A stretch of 59,241 nucleotides of DNA, filler included, from Bipalium vagum (taxonomy: Eukaryota): the NCBI GenBank assembly GCA_037834085.1. It is 3 parts of 3 records of this genome, joined end to end, with 100 filler letters (N's around TTAATTAATTAA, not from the genome) between each part and the next. Parts side by side here need not be neighbours in the genome. Positions count along the whole stretch, not along the records: positions 1 to 17,323 come from JBBMKC010071266.1; 2 more parts are not named here. One strand, given 5' to 3'. Shown one piece after another: positions 1 through 12,500 of the stretch. Position numbers and translations under genes: made by a program. The notes beneath the pieces are model-generated. The model was not told the DNA's origin. It saw nothing but the letters and a program-made list of their open reading frames with translations, and did not search any database. Within the stretch, counting starts at the first letter, position 1; every line of letters starts with the position of its first letter.

Positions 1-98
1 TGGATTGTACTTTGAGGAATGATTGTGATTTTTTTTTGTTATTCTTGTAATTGAATATATTGAATAAAAACGCTAATTACTTTTGACTCAACCTATTA
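1..98 (+). mobile_element. mariner 3' end fragment
   Basis: GLYFEE* transposase end followed by a TIR-like aattacttttgactcaacctatta. Confidence 0.55.
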
Positions 99-492
99 GA
101 ATTGACATAAGAATATGTAGTAAAAAGAATATATTTATTATCGTGTATTAAAAATAGTGTTTTTACTTTTTTTTCTCATATTTAACCATTAAGCTTAAAC
201 TGAATTATTTATTAACTTTATTTTTTTAGCAGCTTTTTAAAATTTAAAGTAATAATAATTTTAAATATATATTTATAATATTAAAGATTTATGATATTTA
301 TTGTTTTGCAGATTTTAATGTAACATCCTATAAATAAAAAATGGGAATTTTTTAAAACTTAATTAACTTTAATATAATATACAAATTTTTAAAATGAATC
401 ATTTTAACTTATTAACCAAGTCAAGAATCTTTAAAATAATACATAGAAGTAAGATAAACATATTAGTATTCTTAAATTATTTACATTTTCAG

Positions 493-514
493 AAATGACT
501 ATCAAGATCGTATT
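493..514 (+). CDS. Candidate 5' coding exon of the pLGIC gene
   Basis: Acceptor ttttcag at 486-492. Either ATG495-MTIKI then donor GTATTG at 510 (phase 0), or NDYQDRI then donor GTAAAT at 515 (phase 0). Both join exon 2459 in frame. Confidence 0.4.
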
Positions 515-3500
515 GTAAATTTTTACAATAAAAACATACATTTAGGGAAAAACTTAGATCTATTAAATCTGACAGTTATGGATTAATGCTATTAATTCTG
601 CCAATCATATTATGCAACCAATAAAATCTGATAATCATATGACAAAAAATTATTTGATTAAATGATTCTTTGTTAAACCAATCTAGGAATATAAGATCAT
701 CTAAGAAAGCTTCCCTTTTATCTTTATCAGGGTGTTATTTTCTCTTTCCTAATGTTTTAGACTTTATTATTGTCTTTAATTATCTTATTTTAGGAAAATT
801 ACTGTGCAGTTAAGAAAATATAATAAACTCATTTTCAAGAAAAATATAAAATTTTATTTAACTATCGAATTTTTAAAGAGATATAATAGTAGAACTTCTG
901 AAGGTGGAATAAGTTTTAGCTAAATTACCAGTCGTTTAGGAAGAAATCTTTTCACTATTTTACGCAAGTGGAATGAGTAATGTAGCATCGTCAAACTGGT
1001 AGTGAACAAAATAGAAGTACCAACAACAGTTAAAATACCTTCATCTCCTAGCTGTTGGAGACAGATTTATGCCAACTACTAAAATTGACATAAATTTAAA
1101 AACGAACCTCAGGGAAAAGGTAGAAGATTGCGTAGTATTTGTGTGTGTTAATACTGTCCAGATTGATTGTTACTATTGACATTATATCATGAAGCCGCAA
1201 ACGTACCTGATATCAAGAAAGACAACGTTAAAGTCAAGAATGGAATTGCATCATCTTTTGTAATGAATCAAGATACTGTTTATGGCAAGGTAATGGATAC
1301 TTGAAGCCAACAACAAAAAGCTACAATTAGTTACACCTTGTTTATGAGATGGACTTCTATATCCTTTGGAATCCGATCACTCCTAGTATTTATCTAGTAT
1401 TTATTCAGTATTTATTGACTGCTCTTCGTTACATAGTTGATATTTTGAGATCCGTACTTCTTTCATTAATGAAAACAATTCCAGTCAGTATTTTTCAACA
1501 GTACAATAAACACTTCATATTGCCAGTATATCAGCGAAGTTTTAGCAAGAATCAGAAGTTGACTATATCTTGACCATTATATTTACCAGATATTTATCCT
1601 ACTGAACATATGTGGAATATCAGCAGTTGTCAATCACGTTGTTCTTTTGTAATGAATTAAACAATCACCTTCAATAAATATGGAACGACATGATTGATAA
1701 AGAAATAAATCTTTTAATTAATAATATGGGTTTTTAAAGTACTAAGATGATAATTACTTCGTTCAGAACAAGAAAATCATTAGACAAAATGACCATTAGA
1801 TCTGAAACATGATTCGGATGTTTAGGAGGTTTTTAGAGTTTTAGTATCATGTAATGGTGTTGGTTGTCATATCTAGTGAGGGTAGTATAGTTTTTTAATA
1901 AATGAAGGTACTGGAGTTATGAATGTAATGCATATATTATCAACTACTAAAAATTTATCATCATACAGAAGATGGTTGTGATAGTGATCGATAAGGATAG
2001 GTAGTCGATGGGAGAAAGTATGTATTTCAACAAGATTTATAAGACAAGGAACTCTCAAGCATGGTTTTATGAACTTAACCTATCATTGGTCACCTAATTT
2101 GTGACCTAGCAACCCTGAGTGAAATACGATCTATTGTTATTTATGATATATAGTTGTGGCAAAGGTCGAAGCAAAAAACATTCAGTACTATCAAGTCACT
2201 ACAGAATGCTCTCAAAAAGTGATAGTATTTTCGAATCGGAAAGAGGTAAAATGATCGGTTTCGGTCGAGGAGAAAAGCGGTTTCGACAGCTAATGGAGAT
2301 GATATCGAAAACTCTTATTTTGTAGACTTTCATATTGCTGTATCTAAATAAGCTTACTAACTCGTTTTATTTGTTTTATAAAAATTCCCGGTTTATCTCA
2401 AACATCCTGTATAACAATGAAATTTAAAATCTTTTAATTTTAATTATTATTAATTCAGACTCGGGTCTCCCTAAGATGTGTTTTTCTCAAAATATATAAC
2501 ATTGATACTGTAAATGAGCAATACTTTGCTGAAATATTTCTTCAAGCTAAATGGAGAGAACCTTTGCTGGACAACGAAGCAAATATAAAAGTACTTTTTG
2601 TGTCAATAAAATTAAAAATCAGTTAAATATTTATTTAAAATTTCTAAGAGTTCTTTGTTAAATAAAGTAAAATTTTCTTATTTGAAAAATATGGTTGGAT
2701 GATCATCTATTTATTCATAAAAATCAAATAAAGTTAAATGAAATTAAGAAATATTTTTTAAAAATTAAAAAACACTTCAATATTTCAAAATTAAATATAT
2801 TGGGTTGTTACACATGAAATCACCGATTTTTATCTTAATTTACAAAAAGCCATGATTTTGTCAAAAACTTATATATTTAGTACAAAATATTGTAATTAAC
2901 ACAACATTGCCAACGTGTGACAAGGTTATTTATTCAAAAAATGTAAAAATTTCCATTTCAGAATCTATGAAACATCGAAAAACCTTTTCGACCATAGGTT
3001 GATCAGCGAAGTTCTTTTGACAAGTAAATAATTCAATAATAATTATTGTAAAAATTAATTTACTTTACAAAGTATGTTTAAAAAGTTTTCTCAGTGACAG
3101 TAAATAGACTACTTCTTACATTTAGAACAATTTTATAATCACTAAAATATATAAAATTTGCCGATCCCAAAAATATATAGTTTTCATATATCTCTGTAAT
3201 TTGTCATTCAAAATTTAGCTGTTGTTTTAGATTTGAATTTATTTCTGCCAGATTTTAAAATATAATTTCTATGGACTTCTATTATTGCGTTCGATTTTGT
3301 TTCTTATTTAGAAAAACTTCTCGGGAAACACATCAAATGTTAACCAAAGCTTATAAAGATGATGTAATGACGGAAAGAAATAGATACAGATGTTGTGCAT
3401 TGTTTAAAGAAGAATTAATGACAAAGAACGGTTTTGACGCCCAAATGAGGTGATTACCGAAGAAAAGGTTCTTCAGGTGTGCTTGAAGACCGTCGTAAAG

Positions 3501-6500
3501 ATGTCAGAATGCTAGAAAACGAGATTGGAACGTAAAAGCAATGTGCACACAATATTGACTGAAAAAATTGGAAAAAAAACTTGCAGCACGTATTGTTCCC
3601 AAATTCCTCTCTGATGATGAACAGAAAAAACCTAGACAAAAATGTGAGGAATTTCTGGAAGCCTTCGAACAAGATTCATCTTATATTGAAAAATTGTCAC
3701 TGGTTTGTTTCGAGCCAGAAACCAAAAGATAAAACATGGAATATCGAGGGAAATTTTCACCAGAAAAAAAATTGCACACATGTCAAAGTTGAAAATCAAG
3801 TTCACGCTCATCACCTGTTTTGATATTAGAGTTAATTCACTAAATATTTGTTCCTAAAGGCCAAACTGTCGATCAATATGTTTACGCCGATGTTCTTACA
3901 TTATTTGAAAAATTACGAAAGAAAATACCAGATTTGTGATAATCAATAAGATCCCATATTCTACACGATAATCCAAGACATCCTGTGTCACTATTGATCA
4001 ACGATTTCTTGTCAAAGCGGCCAGTTACAGTTACCAAATTCTTATTAGATCTATCTACGCAATTTCTCTCTTTAAGAAAGTTGAAATGTGCCATGAAAGG
4101 GACTGTTCATGAGTTTAAGGAAGAAACAATTCAAAATCTAATATCCGTCACACCTGATGAATAGGAATGTTTTCTATCCCTAGTGAAAAGACAGATTCAA
4201 TGTATTAGTTGTAATGCTGATTATTTTGAAGATGACAAAGAATATTAATGTTTTAATAATCTGTTGTTAGTTTTTTTATTTAAGATAACTGACAAGACTT
4301 TTTGGACATTCCTTTCTGTTTATAAGGAATATAGTTTTCTGACTTTAATAAATGCAAGTTCTGACAAAATAGGAATTATTAAAACACAGATTTACAGAAA
4401 ATAGTGAAATAAGAAATATTAAGAAATAAAACTATATTTTAATGAAATTTCTCATTCAAACATTAAAAATTAAGCTATTGGTTTAAAAGATTTTGAAATG
4501 TAAAAATCCAGGTAAATAGAATTCAATCTTAAAAAAATATTTTCACAAATTGCTCAAAATGGCTTCTGGCATATGAAATAGATTAGAAATATAAGGCAAA
4601 TTTAATTAATGGCTTTTATATTTAATTGAGGAAATTTTTTAGAAAAAGTAATAGCTACTCTTTGATGGTCTCTCATTTTGATAGGTTGCATGAAGTCGAT
4701 TCATACATAGCCACATTTAAAATCATAGTAAATCATTGAACAAAAATTTTCTCATAATTTTCATATTTTATTTATATCTCAAATGTTAAATTCATTAAAA
4801 AACTAATTAATTTATATTTATTCATTATAATTCGAATCAAATTTTATAATAGTATCTTTAAAACGACCCAGATATCTCTTAAGCATTTGATTTGACAAGT
4901 TTCCCATATAATCCACGTATGATTGCTCAGTAATTTTAAATTAATACATAATATATATGATTTATGATATTTATATGATCTCTGATAATACTGTATTAGT
5001 GAACTATTTTAAATTGGTATAATTTCTAAACAAGATTTTCTTTTATTTTCAGTTTTTAATTGGTTGTAGTTGTAAATTTTAAATAAAAAATATATTTAGT
5101 AACCGTATATTTTATAACACAATTTCAGAGTAAAGATCTTCTAAAGTTTTGGAATCCAAAACTAAATGTTGAAAATCTGTTCAAGGAACAAAAAGATCTT
5201 GTTTCTTTTGAAGTTACCTATCCTGAAAATAACGGTGTTGCTTATTTAGTTCAAAAAAGGAGAATGAAAGCCATATTTCATGAGACATTAGAACTGATGC
5301 AATTTCCATTTGATTGTCAGGTATATAAAATAATTAATGGTCTACTACTAGTTTATTTCAGTTGCTTTTAATAGTAAATTTAAGTCTACCTTTTGTCTTT
5401 TTTTTTAACAAGTTTATTATGGATTAAGACAAAAACAATTGACATATCACAAACCGGTAGAATGCTTTCAACTGATATATCTGAAATAAGACTACTTTTA
5501 TCAATTTCTTTCATTAATCAGTTAGTAGAAATATAATAATAATGATTCGTTTAATTATATGGAAGTTGTCAAACACAAATTGTTGTCAAGACAACTGTCC
5601 CCAGGTTCTATTAATAATTATATTAATATTTCGTTCCGAAGTTTTCTATTAGGATCTATTTCGTTTGATTACCATTTTTTGTTTTTTTAGAATGGTAATT
5701 TTCTGTGATTTCGAAATATTTTTTTATATAAGGCTTTTCAATGATAGAATTATTTCTTATTAGATTTTCAAATGAACCTAAATTTAAAGGCGATAAAAAT
5801 CCTTCATCAATTTTGGAGTCACTCAGAAAATCTGATAATATTATAACTAAATAATTTTTAAAATACACGGTGTGTCATATAAGTAACCGAACTTTTGATT
5901 TAAATCATATACAGTCCCCATCAAAAGTCTGACCCCACCTTTAAAAAAATGTAAATTCCTATTGTACATTTGAAAAGACGCATTAATTCCAAAAAATGTA
6001 TATATTATGTACAACATGAATGAACATTGTAAAAAAAATTAATATTTTGTTATCTGTGACTGCCGCAATATGATTAGGCATTGACTCAATTAAATGTTTG
6101 CAATAGTCAGGCGAGATATCATTTCTTCACACTTGATTAATTTTAATTTTTAGGTTATTAATATATGTTGGATTGAGACTTGAGACTTTTTTCTTCAATT
6201 CGGACCAGCAGTTTTCAATTGGTCGGGATAATTTCCAGGCCATAGACAAAGTACCTCCATATTGTTAAGAGAGATAAATTCTTTTACGGCCTTGGCTGTA
6301 TGACAAGTGACCTCATCATGCTGAAAGATTTTACCAGTTTCAATTGGCAGAATGTGTTGGTTTAATATGTCGATGTACTCCGTAGATCTACTATTTGTAC
6401 CAGCAGGAACAAAACAAATTACCTACATCATCATATGACATTGATGACCAGACCATAACGAAAGGAGAATGTTTTACATTCTTGACAGTATATTTTGGAT

Positions 6501-9500
6501 CAAACCTTTTGCCGTCAGGTCTCCAGACGCGTATAACATTGGGAGAGAATAGCTGGATTTTATATTCGTCTGAAAAAATAACTCTGTGCCAATCTGTGGG
6601 CTCCCACTTCTTATATTTGTTACAAAAGAAAAGGCGGTTTTTAACATTCTTTAAAGAAAGTCTAGGCTTTATTACAGGCCTTCTGGAGTGCAACGAGAAT
6701 TCGTGTCTAAGCCGCCGAGAAATAGTACTCATGCTTACTGGTGCATCTGGAGGAAGTTGTGATCTAATTTCACTTATTGGTGCAAAAACTCAAGTACAGG
6801 ACAACTGATGAATCAATCTATCAGTTTGAACTGTTGTTACTTTTGGCCTTCCACATTGTTGTTTGTATTTGAATGATTTATCCAAGTCATATCGTTGAAT
6901 TGAACGTCGAACAATTCCCCTTGACACATTCATTCTCGTCGCAATTTGTCTCTGCGAATAATCTTCGTCGCGCAAAATCAAAATTTGAGCTCTTTTTCAG
7001 CATATAATTCAGCCATTATTTAAACAAAAGTATTTATTTGACAAGAATAATATTATATAATTATGCAAAATTAATGAAAAAACAATAAATTGATATAGGT
7101 CAGAGTTATATAAATACCTATATCTAAATTGATATCATACCAATGGATAAATAATGAAATCAATTCAATTTTTGAAGGTGGGCTCAGACTTTTGACGGGT
7201 TTCATTTGTTTAAACCAATTTTTAATTGAAAATTACATCATTCACCTTTGAAAATCATCAAAATTTATTTATTTTCGGATAACAGGTTTGAATTCTATTT
7301 GCATTTAAGTAAAGATATATATCATCCTTTTGTCATAGATTTACAATGGATCAAAGAGCGAATATTAAATTTTTTTTTAAATCGGGAAAAAAATTACGGA
7401 GACATGAATTGCTTCTAAAGGTTTTAGTGATGATTGATGTCTCGAGCACAGATTTATACATTGTTTACACGATTTTAAAATGGCCATGATGATTTAAATG
7501 ACGATGAAAAGCCCGGACGTTCAAATGCTGAAGGACGTCCAAAATTGGTGGGAAAAGTACGTTAAATCATTGCTTCTGGTGGTAAAAAGACTATGAGAAT
7601 GTTAGCAGAAGAATTAAATACAAGTGTCTTTACCATTTGGATAATTTAAAAGAAAGACTTTGGATAAAGAAAGGTTTGTGCTAAGTTTGTTACTCATGCA
7701 ATAAATGAAGACCAATAAACAACTCATATTAAATATTGCATAGATCTCCTCAACGCTGTTGAAAACAAGTCAGATTATATTGATTCAATTATAACTGGTG
7801 ATGAGAGGTGGGGTTGGACAAATCAGGCGTAAAAGTGGTAAATGGAAGTCATTGAGTGAGCCAAAACCTAAAAATTGCATTTTTCAAAAATTAAGATAAT
7901 GTTTATTACTTTTTATGATTCAAAAGATAGTCCATAATGAATTTGTTCCAAAAAATCAAACTGTTAAACTGTTAATGGGGAATAGTATTTAAATGCTTTA
8001 CATCGTTTTTGTATGGTAAGGCTAGGTCTACTGCAACTAAGAGGGTGAAGTAAAATAATGAGTGATAACACTAAATTTTATTAAACGGCAATAAATATTT
8101 TAAAACTCAATTTTAATCAATTCGTAACAATAAACAATTTTTAGTTCCACAAGAAATTTTATGAATTTTTCTGATTAACACTCTACGAACTCTTATCAAT
8201 TCATGGCAAATTGTTGAGACAGGTGCCTCTGATATCAGGATACTTCTTTACTTCATCAAGAGCTCTTATTTTCCCATTTAATATATAAAAGTGAATTTAA
8301 TATTTCTCAACATTAGGGAAATAATACCCTCAAACAGAAGAAAATATAACTTTTTTAAAAAAATACATTTTAATATTATTATATTAACATTATTCTAAAA
8401 AAATATTCTATTATTAATACAACTGTATTATTTCATTAGATAACATTAGAATTTAATTATTTATTTTAAACTAATAAAATAAATAAAAAATTAAAATAAA
8501 AGCATTAAATAATTAAGCTTTTCAAATTGAAATATCAAATGTATATAAATATTTTATCCAACAAATTCAAAATGATATAAAATATTATTTTCAAATGTTG
8601 TAGGTGTCCATCTTTTAATTTTTACGGCTTATGGTTTTCAAACCACAACAATTTTTCAATTTTTTTATTATGATTACCCAAAAATATTTATAAATATATG
8701 TATTTTCGTAAAGGCTAATCAAATCAATCAAACGAGATTTGTATTGAAATTGATATTAAATAAATGAGATATTCAAGAAAATATGTAATATTGAGAGTTC
8801 ATAAATTAGTTGTCATTGACAATGTAACGTGAAAATCGAGAAACCTTTAATAATATATTACACCAATTTTTAAAAATTTATTAATACAAATGATTCAAAC
8901 TAAAATTTAGTAGCATAACCATTTGAAGCGATAACAGCTGCACATCTACAAGGCATAGAGTCAACAAGTTTAATCAATTTTTTAAAGGAATTTTAATCCA
9001 ACTTTCCTGTAAATTTCTAAAAGAAATCTTGTTTTTTGGATATCTTTTTAACTCGGATGGTACGATCAAGCTCTTACCATAAATGCTCAATTGGATTAAG
9101 GTCTGGACTCTGACTAGGCCACTTCATAACAGGGATTTTGTTACGTTCTAGCATTTGTTTAATAACGTTGGATGTATGTTTGGGGTTGTTATCCTGCTGA
9201 AATATCCAGTCTTCTTTCATGGTTTCATATGCAAATGGAATCATTGTATTCTTAATTATGGTATCATATATTTGCATGTTCATGATGCCGTTTATTTGAA
9301 TAAGAGCTCCGACTTCATCTCTGGTAAACCAACCCCACACCATGACATTTACTTCACCGTGTTTAATAGTCGGAACCTGATATCTTACGTTAAATCTTTG
9401 GTTAAAAGATCGACGAACATATAGAATACCATCACTAGATAGCAAATTAAATTTGCTTTCGTCATTTCGGACCATCTTAGACCCATCTTGAATTGTTCCT

Positions 9501-12500
9501 TCTTTATGAAGGCGAGCAAATTCCAATCGGGCCATTTGATTTTCCTTCGATATAAAAGCTTTCTTTCTGGTACCCCTTGCAAATAGTCCAGCAGATTGTA
9601 GACGTCTTTTTACAATAGAAACACTGGTTTTATTTGATTCTTTGGAATGACTTTGATTAATTTCTGTGCCAATATCGACAGCAGTTTTTAGTGGATCTGC
9701 TTTTGAAGAATGAATAATGATGCGATCTTGATGAGCAGTTGTTTTCCTTGGTCTTCCAGATATTGGTGATTATCTGTCACTTAAGCCCAAAATCGCACGA
9801 AACACTTGCTTGTGTTCTTCCTCTTTTAACTGCCATAACAACTCGTTTCTTAATATCATTACTATTTTTTGCTCTCACCATGATTGAAACTAAATAGTTT
9901 TAGACATTATTTTAAGAAAATAGTTTATAATCTTACTATAAATTGATTATAATTGATTATAAATAAAATGACAACTAATTTTTGAGCACTTGTTTTTAAT
10001 GGTTTATGGTTTTTTATTATTTAAAATTTTATAAATTTTAAATATTTTTTAGAGTTTATTTCTTTGCATATGTAGGAAGATTTTTAACAACAAAAATTTA
10101 ACATAATTATCTAGTAACAGTTACATTTACTTATGAAAACTTAAAATTCGTGTGTCAACTAACTTTTGAGCGCTAGTGTATATAATACATAATTTATAAG
10201 TGTACAATATATAAAACAAAATTTCTAAAGCTAAAAAACGCATCAAAATAATGAATATTAAAAAAATTTTTTTTGAAGAAATCTATACTTTTTATAATTA
10301 ATTAGGATTTATCAATTACAGTCTCTACTGAATTATCATCTGAAGAAGTAATTCTTTCGGAAAACGAAGAAGACATTAGTAAAATTAATTCTGGAAATGT
10401 TATGGATTCTCAAGAATGGATCATGTACAATCATGTGGAGGTAAACTTTTATGTTACTTTATCAAGGCAGTTGGTAAAAATATTCATGTTTGAAAATTTT
10501 ACTTATATTTATTATAAATTTTTGTAATAGTTATTGTATTGATTAAGGTGGAATTGAAAGATCTTGTTAATGACTGCAATATCGGGCCAAAGTCGAGAAA
10601 AGCCATCACTTTTACATGTCGAGCAAGTCGTCGATTTGGATATTTTATAGTCAATTATTTCATGATTAGCTCCATGTTCTTTATATTAACCTTTTGTAGT
10701 TTTGCAGTGTCTGAAAATGTATTTGGTCGATTGCAGTTGAGTATGTACACTTTATTGACAAGTGTTACTTTCAAAGTAGCTGTAACCAATACTCTTCCGA
10801 AGGTTCCTTACTTAACATATTTGGTACGAAATGATTTTTTATCATTAATATTATTATTATTTAATATTATCATAATACATTTGTGGAGACTCCCAATATT
10901 TCTCTATAAAGTGCATATAAAGTAAGATACAAAGAATGTAGGATACCAAACTATATCCTTGGATGCAAATGATTGACAATATGTTTTTTCAATATCATTG
11001 AGATCTTTGAATTTCCTTCATTTCAAGAAGTGGACATTGATCAAATTAGCTTGAAATCTGATAGCACTAGTTCTGAACTATATACTGGATACATATGGTT
11101 TCAATGTCGGGACTAAAACATTATCTTACTAAAGAATGACTCTTTTTCCATTGATTAATTCTTGATACAGTTGATGCTTAACAACGTACATTCTATCGAT
11201 TTGTTTATAATATATACTACGGCAATAATAGCCTACGAAATTACCTTGAAATAAATTAATCTTCCATAGTTCAACTAAACGAATAACATTACCTTTTTAA
11301 TGAAGTTGCATCTTTTTGGGATTTTTATTTCTGAATTCATTGATTTGTCATATCTAGATTCTGGTAGAAACTCGACTTTTTGCCACATAATTATTTTTAG
11401 GAAAAGAATATCATGAGAATCTTGCAATAGTTGACTGCAATTATCTAATCGTCTATATTTTATTGTCAAAATTTCATAGCTACATTTTATGTTTAAAGTA
11501 TATATGATTTTATTTAAGTAGTAATTTATTTGTTTAAATATTGAAATATTGACTAAGTTTTTGAATTTCAATAAATTAATTTTGTGATTAAGATGACTTT
11601 ACATAATTTGAGATAAGTCCACCTCTGACCGAATGCCAAATATGCAATTTTGCCCACTCCTTACGGCTTTGACGTTACTTAAAATATAGTAAATGTTTTC
11701 TTAACGCAACATATCGTTTTAAAGAAAAACTGCCTAAACTTTTTTGTGCCCAAAGTTTACTAATTGTTCTTGCAGTTTGCTCATAAAATTACCGTAGATA
11801 CTCGAATATAAGTCGAGGTAAAAATATGTCTGGGTAGTTTCGTCTTTCGTACATTTATAAAATAACAAGGAAAAAATGTCAATCTTTTGATACTTTATTG
11901 CAAAGTATTCGTAATAATATTTATATATTTTTATTTACAAACATGGCATGATAGGTAACATTTATTCAAAACCACAAAATTCGGAATCCGAGTATGATTG
12001 AAGAAGTTACAATGCCTGCTCATTAGTCATATGGTCTGAATAGAAGTCGTCATCACCCGATTCGTCATAATCTTCGGCAGCGGTGGTGTAATCTATCCAG
12101 AGTATGTCGTCTTCAGTTCCATCCATCTTGTTTGATATCCCGGTCTAAAACTGTTATGACTCTTATATAAGTCGACCCCATTTTTTTCATTAAATTTTAT
12201 AGAAAAAAACCTCGACTTATATTCGAGTATCTACGTTAATGAGAAATGGAGCTTAAACTGGAAACTCGGCTCCAGAGCGATAACCTCTTAATGCATTGTT
12301 TATCTCTTGGACAGAATTGACTAACTCTTAGTTTACCTTCAACGGTTCCTTGGTAATTCAAGTTCTTAACCAACTTTTGATAACCTCGTTTTGATACATC
12401 GAGATTAAATGTTTTCTTCATTATCTTAATAACTTCACGCCAGGTTTTACTAGCACAACGAAGTGCTACAAATGGTATTCTACTTTCAATCGAGCTAAAT

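Noticed and set aside
312-319. 8-nt micro-exon upstream of the channel gene
   Set aside because: An AG/GT pair is present but has no start codon or other support; expected by chance.
6395-6808. 137-aa plus-strand ORF
   Set aside because: Antisense to a Tc1 transposase remnant.
10539-10925. Calling the channel a GABA-A, GluCl or nAChR subunit with a gene symbol
   Set aside because: No Cys-loop disulfide, PAR motif, vicinal cysteines or aromatic box, so no ortholog can be supported.
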